From NCBI GenBank assembly GCA_965221125.1, contig CBDCRW010000004.1, positions 544,001 to 608,000 of the forward strand: a DNA stretch of 64,000 bases, given 5' to 3'. The notes under the pieces were generated by a model, which saw only the letters and a list, made by a program, of their open reading frames with translations, searched no databases and had not been told where the DNA came from. Numbering within the stretch: position 1 is the stretch's first letter; every line of letters starts with the position of its first letter. Both the position numbers and the translations under genes were made by a program. Source of the stretch: Alphaproteobacteria bacterium. GTDB taxonomy: Bacteria > Pseudomonadota > Alphaproteobacteria > UBA828. Below, one piece after another: positions 47,620-57,381 of this stretch.

Positions 47620-47913
47620 ATGAACGAGAGCGCCCGCCATGCCATCCCGCGCCGGCTCGACGATCCGGAGCGCTGGCTGTTCTGGACCGTGGACGAGGCG
47701 GCGGTGCTGATGGGCCCGGCCCTGCTCGGGCTCGCGGCCAACCAGTTCGTCACCGGGCTGGTCGCCGGCGTCGGCGGCTGGCTCGCGCTGCGCCGGGTCA
47801 AGCGCGGCGGCGGGGCGAACATCGCGCGCTACGCCCTCTACTGGTTCCTGCCGGACTTCGTGCTGCGCCTCAGGGCGACGCCGCCGAGCCACCTCCGGCG
47901 CTTCACCGGCTGA
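47620..47913 (+). CDS. traL: F-type TraL
   Basis: IPRRLDDPERWLFWT.DE...LYWFLP...PPS..R.F.G. Confidence 0.9.
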   Translation: MNESARHAIPRRLDDPERWLFWTVDEAAVLMGPALLGLAANQFVTGLVAGVGGWLALRRVKRGGGANIARYALYWFLPDFVLRLRATPPSHLRRFTG

Positions 47914-47922
47914 GGCGGGGTC

Positions 47923-48489
47923 ATGCGGCGTCTCGATCTCGACAATGCCGTGCGCCGGGTGCGGGACATCCGCCTGGCGCTCAGCCTTCTGCTGGTGCTC
48001 TCGATGACGGCCAACCTGGCGCTCACCGTGGGGCTGGCGAACCGCGAGGCGGCGACCGTGCTGCTGCCGGCGGCGGCCGGGCCGGAATGGGCGGTCGGCG
48101 GCAGCCGGATGGAGCCCGGTCCCGCGGGAACCCGCTATCTGGAGGATATGGCGCGCACGGTGGCGGTGACGCTGCTGACGCTGACGCCGGAAAACGCCGC
48201 CCATGTGCGCCTCGCGGCGGCGCGGATGAGCCACCCCTCGGCAAGGGGCGCGATCGGCGCCTGGGTCGAGGCAGAGGCGGCGCGCATGGCCGGGCGCGAC
48301 CTCGCCAGCGCCTTCTACCCCGACAGCATCGAGGCCGACCCGGAGCGTCTCACGGTGGAGATCGCGGGCGAGCTGGTGAGCTGGATCGGGCGCGAGGAGG
48401 CGGCGCGGGAGGACCGGCGCTACCGGCTCGCCTTCCGCCTCGACGCCGGCCGCATCGGCCTGCTGCGCTTCGAACAGATGGAGGATTGA
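47923..48489 (+). CDS. traE: F-type TraE
   Basis: N-terminal TM, YLEDMA...L.LTPEN, SAFYP; position after traL. Confidence 0.88.
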   Translation: MRRLDLDNAVRRVRDIRLALSLLLVLSMTANLALTVGLANREAATVLLPAAAGPEWAVGGSRMEPGPAGTRYLEDMARTVAVTLLTLTPENAAHVRLAAARMSHPSARGAIGAWVEAEAARMAGRDLASAFYPDSIEADPERLTVEIAGELVSWIGREEAAREDRRYRLAFRLDAGRIGLLRFEQMED

Positions 48490-48491
48490 GA

Positions 48492-49283
48492 ATGGCACGG
48501 ATTTATCGGCAGGTCGTCGCTGCGGCATCCCTCATGCTCGCGGGCGCGCTCGCCCAGCCCATGCCGGCCACCGCGATGCAGCTTCTGGAGGCGGTCGACC
48601 ATGCCGAGCTGTCGGCGGAGGTTTCCGCGACGGAGGTCAACCGCATCGCGCTCCTGGGCGACCGGGCGGTCCGGGTGGTGCGCGCGCCGGGCGGGTTTGC
48701 GGTCGAGCACGACGCCGCCACCGGCGATCTCTACCTGCGGTTGGTCGAGACGGGCCTCGGGACGGGCGGCCGATACGCGGAGGCGAGCCTCTTCGTCGGC
48801 ACGGAGAAGGGCTTCACCTACCGGCTGACGCTCACGCCTTCCGACCGGGACGCGGCGCAGATCCTGATCCGCAATGCCGACGCCATGCCGGGAGCGTCGG
48901 TCGCCGATGACGCCGGCGCGGCATCGACGAGCGATCCGCACATTGCCGGGCTGGTCCGGCTGGTGCGCGCGGTCGCAAGGCGGGAAGCACTGCCGGGCTA
49001 TTCCATCGAGGCTGCCGCGACCGGCGTCGGCGATCCGCTCGCTGTCGGCATGCGGCTGATCGAGACCTGGCGGGGTCCGCGCTTCCGGGCGCTCGTGTTC
49101 GAGGCTGGCCGTTCCGCGCTCTCGGGCGGGGACGGCGCCGCGGGCCTCGCCGGGACCATCGCCCGGAACATCGGAGCGGGCCGCGTTGCGGCGCTCTGGC
49201 TGGCCGGGCCCGGCAGCGGCCCGAAGGGCGGGCGGCTCGCCGTGGCGGTCATGGACACCGCCGCTTCCGGAGCGCCGCGATGA
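48492..49283 (+). CDS. traK: F-type TraK
   Basis: Signal peptide, S..EVNRI, GDLYL, LFV.TEKGFTY.L.L.P. Confidence 0.87.
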   Translation: MARIYRQVVAAASLMLAGALAQPMPATAMQLLEAVDHAELSAEVSATEVNRIALLGDRAVRVVRAPGGFAVEHDAATGDLYLRLVETGLGTGGRYAEASLFVGTEKGFTYRLTLTPSDRDAAQILIRNADAMPGASVADDAGAASTSDPHIAGLVRLVRAVARREALPGYSIEAAATGVGDPLAVGMRLIETWRGPRFRALVFEAGRSALSGGDGAAGLAGTIARNIGAGRVAALWLAGPGSGPKGGRLAVAVMDTAASGAPR

Positions 49284-50575
49284 GCGCGCGGCAGGACAAT
49301 GCCGCCGCTGCCGACTCCGGCGCGGTGCGTCGGCGCCAGCTGCTGCTGTTCTCGGTCATCGCGGCGGCGGGGCTGTTCGCGGTGGCGCTCTGGATGGGCG
49401 CGGGCGGCGGCACGGCTCCCGCACCCCGGAGCGGCATCGAGGCCGGCATCGTCGAGCCCGACATGGCCGAGAAGGTCTGGACCCGACGCTCCGAGGCCCG
49501 GCTCGGCGGCATCGAGCGCCGGCTCAACGACATGGAGCGGGAGGCGAAGGAACTCGAAGGCGAGAACGCCGAGCTCCGGGCGAGGCTGGAGCAGGACGCC
49601 GACAATGCCCGCGCGGTGATCGACAGGCAGGCCGCCACCATCGCCGATCTCGAACGGCGGTTGCAGGGCGGCGGCTCCCAAGCGGGGGCAGTTCCAGGCG
49701 ATGGCACTGCGGCGGGTGGGTATTTCAGCGTGCCGGCGGCAACGCCGTCGGCCGGCCGGAACGGACAGGCGCAATCGCCCGCGCCGGCCCTCACGATCGA
49801 GACCTTCGAGCTCGAAGGCGAACCGCACTCCTCGGCGGCAGGATCGCGCAGCGGCCCCGAACTGGTGGCCGATTCGGTGGCGAAGCCGGTCGGGGCCTGG
49901 CTGCCGGCGGGCACCCATGCCGAGGCGGTGGTGCTGGCCGGCGTCGACGCCTCGGCCGGCATCTCGTCGCAGGGCGATCCCCGCCCGGTGCTGATGCGCA
50001 TCACCGGCCCCGCATGGACGGCAGCCGAGGACGGCATGGCGCTCAAGGTCGATGTCGACGGCTGCACGGTGACGGGCGCCGCCCATGGCGACCTCTCCTC
50101 GGAGAAGGTCTATGTGCGCTTCCGGACCATGACCTGCGCCGGGCCGCGTCCGGGCACGGTGGTCGAGACGCCGGTGGCGGGGTTCGTCGCCGGTTCCGGC
50201 AAGACCGGGGTGCGCGGGCCGGTGGTGAGCCGCGAGGGCGCGCTGGTCGAGAAGGCCTTCCTCGCCGGCATGGTCTCCGGCGTCGGCCAGGGCGTCTCCC
50301 AGGCGTTCCAGCCCCAGGCGGTGGCGACGGGCGCGGGCGGCGCCGCGGTCGCCAACACCGCGCTCGGCGATATCGGCCGCGCCGGCCTCGGGGCGGGCGC
50401 GTCGTCGGCCGGGCAGAAGGTTGCCGACTACATGATCCGCCGCGCCGAGCAGTACCAGCCGGTGATCCAGCTCCAGGCCGGCACGAAGGTGACGCTGGTG
50501 TTCCTCGAAGGCGCCCGCATCGACGGCCGCGCCTTGCAGCCCCGGAAGACGCAATCCGACAACGGAGGAAAATGA
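49280..50575 (+). CDS. traB: F-type TraB (VirB10-like)
   Basis: TM plus coiled coil, LPAG...A.VL.GVDA, GDLSSEKV..R, DYMIRRAEQYQPVI. Confidence 0.92.
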   Translation: MSARQDNAAAADSGAVRRRQLLLFSVIAAAGLFAVALWMGAGGGTAPAPRSGIEAGIVEPDMAEKVWTRRSEARLGGIERRLNDMEREAKELEGENAELRARLEQDADNARAVIDRQAATIADLERRLQGGGSQAGAVPGDGTAAGGYFSVPAATPSAGRNGQAQSPAPALTIETFELEGEPHSSAAGSRSGPELVADSVAKPVGAWLPAGTHAEAVVLAGVDASAGISSQGDPRPVLMRITGPAWTAAEDGMALKVDVDGCTVTGAAHGDLSSEKVYVRFRTMTCAGPRPGTVVETPVAGFVAGSGKTGVRGPVVSREGALVEKAFLAGMVSGVGQGVSQAFQPQAVATGAGGAAVANTALGDIGRAGLGAGASSAGQKVADYMIRRAEQYQPVIQLQAGTKVTLVFLEGARIDGRALQPRKTQSDNGGK

Positions 50576-50576
50576 G

Positions 50577-51173
50577 ATGAGCAAGGGGAAGAATTGCGCG
50601 CCGCGCATGATGTCACTGCCGGCTGCCGCGATCGCAACGCTGCTGCTGGCGGGCTGCTCGTCGGGCCATGTGGGCGACGACTGGCAGTGCCCGCTGGCGG
50701 CGGGCGGGTCCTGCGCCAGCGTCGCCGCCGCCGATCCGGCGGTGCCGAAGACGGATGCCGCGCCGGCAGGGGCGCCCGGACAGCCGATCCAGCTGCTGCC
50801 GCGCGAATGGAACGCGGACGGAGTCGATACGCGACCGCCGGCGCCCCGATCCTGCCAGGCCGACTGCGGCTTCGATCCCTTCGGATGGCTCGCCCGGCTG
50901 TTCGGAGCGGAGACCGGCGGGGATCGCCCTGAAGCGAAAGACGCCGGGCCGACAGCGACGGAGGCCGCCCCTGACATTGCGGCCGCGTCCACGTCTGGTT
51001 CCCCCGTGATCGAGGAGACGCCAGCAGAGAACGACCCCGGTGCCGACGATCTGCGCACCGGGGAGACGGTGGCGCGCATCTGGATCGCGCCCTTCGTCGA
51101 TGCCGAGGGCGTCTACCGCGAGGCCTCCCATGTCCGGGTGGTGCTGGAGCCGGCCGGCTGGAGGCTGAAGTGA
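50577..51173 (+). CDS. traV: F-type TraV lipoprotein
   Basis: Lipobox LLAGC, WQC...G.CAS, R..E.V.RIWIAPFVD..G. Confidence 0.88.
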   Translation: MSKGKNCAPRMMSLPAAAIATLLLAGCSSGHVGDDWQCPLAAGGSCASVAAADPAVPKTDAAPAGAPGQPIQLLPREWNADGVDTRPPAPRSCQADCGFDPFGWLARLFGAETGGDRPEAKDAGPTATEAAPDIAAASTSGSPVIEETPAENDPGADDLRTGETVARIWIAPFVDAEGVYREASHVRVVLEPAGWRLK

Positions 51174-53740
51174 GCCCGTCCCCCGGCACGGCGCCCGGAC
51201 GCTTGCTCGAACTGTTCGAGGGCCCGGAAGCGCCGGGGCCGTGGACGCCGCCGGCGATGCCGGCCGCGCTCCATGCGCTGCTGCCCTGGCGCGCCTTCGA
51301 CGAGTCGACCGAGCTCTACATCAATGCGGACTCGGTGGGCTTCGTGCTGGAACTGCCGCCCTTCGCCGGCATCGACGCCGAGACCCTGGGCGCGCTCGCC
51401 GGCACGCTTGCCGACGCCGCGCCCGAGCGCTGCACCATCCAGGTCCTTCACTGGGCAAGCCCAAGGTTCGGCGCCGCCTTCCGCGCCTGGGCCGAACCGC
51501 GCGTCGGAACGGAAGGCGCACTCGCCCGGATGGGCCGGGGGCGCGCCGACCTGCTGGCGCCGGGCGGCTGGCGCCGGCTGCACGAAGGCGGCCCGCCCTT
51601 CACCCTCTCCGACTACCGGGTGTTCGTCACCGCCTGCCTCGCCGGCGGGCCGGGCCCGGCCGCGGAGACCGCGCTCGGCGCCTTCCGCCGCGCGCTGGAG
51701 GGGACGCTCGCCTCCGCCGGCGCAGCGGCAAGGCGGCTGGAGCCGGATGTGCTGCTGTCATTGGCGGCGGAACTCACCGCGCCCGACATTGCCGGGCGGC
51801 ACGACGGCGGCACCGAACGCCCGGCCCGGCGCTGGTCGCCCCGGGATCCCCTGCACGAACAGTGCATCGCGCCCGGCCGGGCGCTGACCGTGACCCCGCG
51901 CGGCCTCGCCTTCCACGATGCGGAAGGCGAAGACGTGGCGGTGCGGGTGCTCTCGGCGCTCGCCTTCCCCGAAGTCTGGCCGGGCTGGCGCGGCAATGCG
52001 CTGATTGGCGATTTCCACCGCGACTTCCTCCAGCCCGGCTGTCCGGTGCTGACCTGCCTCACCGTCGCCACCGGCGACGCCGCCTCGGGCGAGCGGGCCT
52101 TCCTCAAGGCGGCCAGGGCGACCCAGCAGGCCGGCACCGGCATCGCCCGCTATCTCCCCGGCCTGCCCGAGAAGGCGCGCGACTGGCAGACGGTCACCGA
52201 GCGCCTCAAGGACGGCGAGCGGCTGGTCCGCGCCTGCTACATGGCGGCGGTCTATGCGCCCCTCGATGCCCTCGACGAGGCCGAGCAGGCGGTCCGCGCG
52301 ATCTATCACGGCCAGGGCTGGCGCGTCGGGGCCGAGCGCTACATGCAGCTGCCCTCCTGGCTCGCCTGCCTGCCCATGGCGTCCGCCGGCGGCCTCGACG
52401 CCGATCTCGAACGCATGGGCCGCATGAAGACCCTGCTCACCTCCTCGGCGGTCAACCTCGCGCCGCTGCACGGCGAGTGGCGCGGACAGCCGCAGAGCCC
52501 CGACAATCCGCCCGCCCTCTTCCTGATCGGCCGCCGCGGCCAGCCCGCCGGCTGGTCGCCGTTTGCCAACGAGGCCGGCAACTACAACGTCGCGGTGACG
52601 GGCAAGTCAGGCTCGGGCAAGTCGGTCCTGATGCAGGAGCTGGTGACGGGCCTGGTCGGCGCCGGCGGCGAGGCCGTGGTGATCGACGACGGGCGCTCGT
52701 TCCAGCACACCGCCGAAGCCCTGGACGGCGCGTTCATCGCCTTCGGCAAGGACCCGGCCTGCCTCAACCCCTTCGCCATGATCGACTCAGGCACCGCCGC
52801 CCATGACGGCGACTACCGCGAGGAGTGCTTCGCCATGCTGGCCGGCGTCATCGGCCGCATGGCGCGGCGAAGGGGCTCGATCGACGATATCGAAGCCGCG
52901 CTCATTGCCGAGGCCATCGCGCAGGCCTGGGACGAGGGCGGCAACGAAGCCGATCTCGGCAGTGTCAGAAAGAACCTCCACGCCCGCGACGACCGCCGCG
53001 CCGCCGACATGGCCACCGCGCTCGGTCCCTGGTGTCCGGGCGGAGCGATGGGGCGGCTCTTCGCCGGCTCGCATACCCCGGCGCTCGACCGGGCGCTCAC
53101 CGTGTTCGAGCTGGCCGAGCTCAAGGGTCGTGGCGACCTGCAGGCGGTGGTCCTCATGCTGGTGGTCTTCCTCGCCACCCAGCGCATGTATCACGGAGAG
53201 CGCACGCGGGCGAAAGCCATCGTCATCGACGAGGCCTGGGACCTGCTCTCGGGCGAGGACAGCCGTGCCTTCCTCGAAGGCGCCGCCAGACGCGCCCGCA
53301 AATACCGCGGCGCGCTGATTACCGGCACGCAGTCGGTCAACGACTACTACGCCAACCCCGCGGCGCGCGCCGCGTGGGAGAACTCGGACTGGGTGATCTT
53401 TCTCGCCCAGAAGGACGAGTCGGTCGAGCTCCTGAAGCAGGAAAAGCGCATCCATTGCGATCCCGGCATGGAGCGGGCGCTCAAGAGCCTGACCACGGCC
53501 GACGGGCGTTATGCCGAGCTGGTGCTGCACGGCCCCGACGGCTGGCGCGTCGCGCGGCTGGTGCTCGACACCTGGTCGGTGGCGCTGTTCTCCTCGCGCG
53601 GGCCCGCCTTCGCCGCTGTCGAGCGGCTCAAGGCCAAGGGCCTTTCCACCGTCGAGGCCATCGACCGGCTTGCCGGGGACGGTACGCCTGCCCCTGCCGG
53701 CCATTCCGCAACCACCGAACGAAAGGGAGAGAACGCATGA
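51170..53740 (+). CDS. traC: F-type TraC (VirB4-like ATPase)
   Basis: NYNVAVTGKSGSGKS Walker A, IDDGRS, IDEAW, RRARKY.G...TGTQS. Confidence 0.95.
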   Translation: MSPSPGTAPGRLLELFEGPEAPGPWTPPAMPAALHALLPWRAFDESTELYINADSVGFVLELPPFAGIDAETLGALAGTLADAAPERCTIQVLHWASPRFGAAFRAWAEPRVGTEGALARMGRGRADLLAPGGWRRLHEGGPPFTLSDYRVFVTACLAGGPGPAAETALGAFRRALEGTLASAGAAARRLEPDVLLSLAAELTAPDIAGRHDGGTERPARRWSPRDPLHEQCIAPGRALTVTPRGLAFHDAEGEDVAVRVLSALAFPEVWPGWRGNALIGDFHRDFLQPGCPVLTCLTVATGDAASGERAFLKAARATQQAGTGIARYLPGLPEKARDWQTVTERLKDGERLVRACYMAAVYAPLDALDEAEQAVRAIYHGQGWRVGAERYMQLPSWLACLPMASAGGLDADLERMGRMKTLLTSSAVNLAPLHGEWRGQPQSPDNPPALFLIGRRGQPAGWSPFANEAGNYNVAVTGKSGSGKSVLMQELVTGLVGAGGEAVVIDDGRSFQHTAEALDGAFIAFGKDPACLNPFAMIDSGTAAHDGDYREECFAMLAGVIGRMARRRGSIDDIEAALIAEAIAQAWDEGGNEADLGSVRKNLHARDDRRAADMATALGPWCPGGAMGRLFAGSHTPALDRALTVFELAELKGRGDLQAVVLMLVVFLATQRMYHGERTRAKAIVIDEAWDLLSGEDSRAFLEGAARRARKYRGALITGTQSVNDYYANPAARAAWENSDWVIFLAQKDESVELLKQEKRIHCDPGMERALKSLTTADGRYAELVLHGPDGWRVARLVLDTWSVALFSSRGPAFAAVERLKAKGLSTVEAIDRLAGDGTPAPAGHSATTERKGENA

Positions 53741-54378
53741 CCGTGAACCCTGCCGGCGCGAAGCCGCGGGCGCCGCTCAACTGGCCGGGCGATCCGGAGG
53801 GCGTGACGGCCGACGACATCGACTTCGAGGCGCTGGCCCATGTGCTGGCCAATACCTGCCGCCGGGGCGGCTGCTGCCGGCAATACCACTCCATCGCCGC
53901 CCATGCGGTGATCGTCTCGGAGGAAATCGCGGCGCTCGACGGGCTCGAAGAGGAGGACCAGCGAACGCTTGCGCTGCACGCGCTGATCGCCGGCGCGGCC
54001 TCGGCCTGGCTTCGGGGGCGTCTGCCGGACTCGCAGCGCGCGGCGGAACGCACCGGGAAACTCGCCACCGGGATCGAGACCGCCGTGCGCAAGGCGGCCG
54101 GGCTCGATGCCGTGCTGGAAGAGGAACAGGCGGAACTGCTCCGGTTCGTCATGCGCATGGCAGCGGCAACCGAAAGTCGCGACCTTCTGGATGAGCCGGC
54201 GGTTGGCGCCGGCGTCGCCTTCCCGCCGCTGAAGCGCCGCATCCGCAGCATCCCGCCCGACAAGGCGGCCGCGGCCTGGCTCGCCCGCTTCCGGGCGCTG
54301 GCCGGGCCGGAGGAGGAGCGGCGCGGACGAATCTCCCGAACGGATGAGCCGGGCGAGGCGGATGCCGCGCAAGCCTGA
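53737..54378 (+). CDS. YfdR/YfbR-like HD-fold protein with a degenerate active site
   Basis: DIDFEALAHVLANTCR.GG...YHSIAAHAV.VS...ALHALIAGAASAW; AG sits where the HD dyad is expected. Confidence 0.7.
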   Translation: MTVNPAGAKPRAPLNWPGDPEGVTADDIDFEALAHVLANTCRRGGCCRQYHSIAAHAVIVSEEIAALDGLEEEDQRTLALHALIAGAASAWLRGRLPDSQRAAERTGKLATGIETAVRKAAGLDAVLEEEQAELLRFVMRMAAATESRDLLDEPAVGAGVAFPPLKRRIRSIPPDKAAAAWLARFRALAGPEEERRGRISRTDEPGEADAAQA

Positions 54379-54379
54379 C

Positions 54380-54739
54380 ATGGCTGGGCGCGACCCCGGC
54401 TGGCCGGTGCTGCTGTCCGCCGTGCTGCTCTCGGGCGCGGTGGCCGCTGCGGTCGCCGCTGCGACGTTGCGCTATGGCGTGGAGCCTGCGCCGCGCATCG
54501 CAGGCGTCCGCCTCGCGGAGATCACGGCGGATTACACCGCGCGGGCCGCGACGGAAGGGGCGACGGCGGAGGACGTGCGCGTCTGGGGCGTTGCGCTGGA
54601 GACCGCCCTCGATGCTGTGGCGCAGCGTCATGGCGCGGTGCTGCTGCCGGCGCGCGCCGTCGCCGCTGGCGCCCCCGATCTCACACCCGAGGTCGAAGCC
54701 GCAGTGGAGCGGCTGCTGGTTCCGGGAGAGGACCGTTGA
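54380..54739 (+). CDS. trbI: F-type TrbI-like protein
   Basis: N-terminal TM; AL..VA..HG.VLL...AV..GAPD.T motif. Confidence 0.75.
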   Translation: MAGRDPGWPVLLSAVLLSGAVAAAVAAATLRYGVEPAPRIAGVRLAEITADYTARAATEGATAEDVRVWGVALETALDAVAQRHGAVLLPARAVAAGAPDLTPEVEAAVERLLVPGEDR

Positions 54740-55317
54740 CCGCGGAGCGTCCGATATTCAACCGGCGGGACGACCGGCTGCGCCGCCGCAAGGCCGGTCT
54801 TGTCGTGATGGTCGCGCTGGCGATGCTCTGGCTGGCTGCGGCCTCGCGCGTGCATGTCAATGCGAGCTGGTCCGACGAAGCCTGGGGCTACGCGGCATTC
54901 CCGTTGTTCGGAACGGGACCGAAGATCGGCGACCGGGTGCTGTTTGAGCCACCCGCTTCCGTCGGGTCTCGCGTGCCGTACATGAAGACCGTGCGCGGGC
55001 TTCCCGGCATGGCCGTTACCGTCGATGCGGACAGGACGGTCCATCTCGACGGCGAGCCGGTCGGGCGCGCCAAGACCCATGCGCTGGACGGTCGGCCGCT
55101 CGCGGCGCTCGCGCCGGGCGCCATCCCGGACGGCCACTACTTCCTGTACGCCGATCATCGCGACAGCCACGACAGCCGCTATGCCGAAATCGGCCTCGTG
55201 CCGCGCGCGCGCATTCTCGGCCGCGCCGTCTCGCTGCCCGACCTGCCCTGGCTCGGCCTGAAGGGACCGCTGGTCGGGCCGGAAGATACCGGCAGCGCGC
55301 CGGAGGCAGGGCGATGA
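54736..55317 (+). CDS. S26 family conjugative signal (pilin-processing) peptidase, TrhF-like
   Basis: VNASWS, MK.V.GLPG, DSHDSRY.EIGLV. Confidence 0.87.
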   Translation: MTAERPIFNRRDDRLRRRKAGLVVMVALAMLWLAAASRVHVNASWSDEAWGYAAFPLFGTGPKIGDRVLFEPPASVGSRVPYMKTVRGLPGMAVTVDADRTVHLDGEPVGRAKTHALDGRPLAALAPGAIPDGHYFLYADHRDSHDSRYAEIGLVPRARILGRAVSLPDLPWLGLKGPLVGPEDTGSAPEAGR

Positions 55318-55934
55318 TGCGCATCGCCGCCATGGTGTTGGCCGCGGTCTTGGCGGCCCTGCCGGTATCGGCGAAGGACCTCGGCGTGCGCGGCGCGACC
55401 TGGCCGGTGGCCGAGCCCGACCTGCTGGAAGAGATCGAGGCGCGGCTCGTCGGGATGCAGCGTTCCGGCGATCTGGCGCGGATGGAAGACGAAGCCCGCA
55501 GCCGCGCCCGCCGGAAGCTTGAAGAGCCCGAACCGGTGCCGGGCATCGCACCGGCAACCGAGCGACGCAGCCGATTGTTCGATCCAGCCATCGCTGTTGC
55601 AAGGGATATCCGCACGCCCGACGGCGCTCTTATCGCGGCGGCCGGCGCAAGGGTCAACCCGCTGGAGCGCCTGCCGCTGACGCGCGACCTGATCTTCCTC
55701 GACGGAAGGCGCGCGGCCGAGATCGCCTGGGCGCTCGCCCATGAGCGGCCCGTGAAGATCGTGCTGCTCGCCGGGCGGCCTCTCGACCTGATGCGCGCGC
55801 ATCGCCGGCCCTTCTTCTTCGATGCTGGCGGCCGCATTGCGGCCCGTTTCGCCATCGCCGCAACGCCGACGCTGATCCAACAGGACGGACAGGCGCTGCG
55901 CATCACCGAGTTTCCCATCGGGCAGGAGGACTGA
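55314..55934 (+). CDS. traW: F-type TraW
   Basis: AKDLG..G.TWPVAEPDLL, FDP, G.RVNPL, FFD.GG....F.I..TP. Confidence 0.92.
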   Translation: MMRIAAMVLAAVLAALPVSAKDLGVRGATWPVAEPDLLEEIEARLVGMQRSGDLARMEDEARSRARRKLEEPEPVPGIAPATERRSRLFDPAIAVARDIRTPDGALIAAAGARVNPLERLPLTRDLIFLDGRRAAEIAWALAHERPVKIVLLAGRPLDLMRAHRRPFFFDAGGRIAARFAIAATPTLIQQDGQALRITEFPIGQED

Positions 55935-55937
55935 GCC

Positions 55938-56330
55938 ATGCTGAACATGAACCGCGCAACCCTTGTCGGCCATGCCGGACGCGATCCCGAGATCCGCGAC
56001 CTTGCGAACGGCGAGAAGGCCGCGACCTTCACGCTGGCCACCACGGAGAAATGGAAGGACCGCGAGGGCAACCCCGCCGAGGCGACCGAGTGGCATCGGG
56101 TCGTCGTGTACGGCCCCACGGTCGCGGCGGTGGAGACCATGCTCAGGAAGGGCGATGCGGTGATGGTCGAGGGCCGCATCGCGACCCGGAAATACAGCGA
56201 CCGCGACGGCATCGAGCGCAGCCTCACCGAAATCGTCGTCGCCGGACCGCAGGGCATGGTCAACATCCTCTCCGGGAGACGCACAGCAGAAGGCGAAAAC
56301 CCTGCCTCTGGAGCCGGTGCCGCGGCATGA
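55938..56330 (+). CDS. ssb: Single-stranded DNA-binding protein (short, no acidic tail)
   Basis: NRATLVG..GRDPEIR, TEWHRVV, KG..V.VEGRI.TRKY. Confidence 0.93.
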   Translation: MLNMNRATLVGHAGRDPEIRDLANGEKAATFTLATTEKWKDREGNPAEATEWHRVVVYGPTVAAVETMLRKGDAVMVEGRIATRKYSDRDGIERSLTEIVVAGPQGMVNILSGRRTAEGENPASGAGAAA

Positions 56331-57340
56331 ACCGGCACCGCCTGTCCCTGTCGGCACTGGTCCTGGCGCTGGCGTTTCCGGTCGTCCTTTGGGCCGCTCC
56401 GGCCTCGGCGCAGTCCTGCACCGGGCGGTTCGTCAACCCGATCTCGGACGTCTGCTGGGAGTGCCTGTTCCCGATCTCGATCGGCCCGCTCACCATCGGG
56501 AGTGTCGGCGGTGTGGTCGACACGCCCAACCCGTCCTCGCCGATCTGCTTCTGCGGCTCGCCCATCCCTCGCATCGGCCTCTCCCTCGGGGTGTGGGAGC
56601 CGGCACGGCTGGTCGATGTCACCCGGACCCCCTGGTGCTTCCCCAATCTCGGCGGCCTCACCATCGATCCCGGCCTGCCCGCCGCGCGCGGCCGCACCGG
56701 GTCGTCGGGCGGCGACGGCGCCAAGGGCTCGGTCTGGCACGCGCATTACTACATGTATCCGCTCTTGAGCTGGATCGGGGTGCTGCTCGATCTCGGCTGC
56801 CTGGAGGGCGGCGGGCTCGACATCGCCTGGGTCTCGGAGCTCGACCCGGCCTGGCTCGACGACGAGCTGACCTTCCTGCTGAACCCGGAAGCGGCGCTGT
56901 TCGCGGACCTGCCGGCGCAGGCGGCCTGCGCGGCCGACTGCGCGGCGGCCTCGGCCGGGCTGCCGCAGGACGGTCTGTTCTGGTGCGCGGGCTGCCAGGG
57001 CGGGATGTATCCGCTGACCGGCAACGTGGCGGCCCATGTCGGCGGGGTGCAGGCCTCGCTGCTCGCGGCCCAGCGGCTGGTCTACCGCCTCCACCGCACC
57101 GGGCTCGCCTGGGGCACGTCGGGCTCGGCCGCGCTCTGCGGGCGCTACCCGATGCCGGTGATGAAGAAGAGCCAGTACCGCTGGCAGATGACCCAGCCGG
57201 TGCCGGCGACGACGCCGGCGACCGGCTGCAACCCGACCGGGCGCTCCTCGGTGCTCTGGGAATCCCTCCGCGAGCTGCCGGTCTCCGGCGAGAGCTTCGG
57301 CTACCTGCTGTTCCGGAAACGCCACTGTTGCCTGCTCTGA
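56327..57340 (+). CDS. traU: F-type TraU
   Basis: C.GRFVNPISDVCWECLFPI, WEP.RL, SELDP.W, FWCAGCQG, C-terminal CC. Confidence 0.94.
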   Translation: MNRHRLSLSALVLALAFPVVLWAAPASAQSCTGRFVNPISDVCWECLFPISIGPLTIGSVGGVVDTPNPSSPICFCGSPIPRIGLSLGVWEPARLVDVTRTPWCFPNLGGLTIDPGLPAARGRTGSSGGDGAKGSVWHAHYYMYPLLSWIGVLLDLGCLEGGGLDIAWVSELDPAWLDDELTFLLNPEAALFADLPAQAACAADCAAASAGLPQDGLFWCAGCQGGMYPLTGNVAAHVGGVQASLLAAQRLVYRLHRTGLAWGTSGSAALCGRYPMPVMKKSQYRWQMTQPVPATTPATGCNPTGRSSVLWESLRELPVSGESFGYLLFRKRHCCLL

Positions 57341-57381
57341 ACCCGATGAAACGAAACAATCATCAAGACACTGACAAGGCC

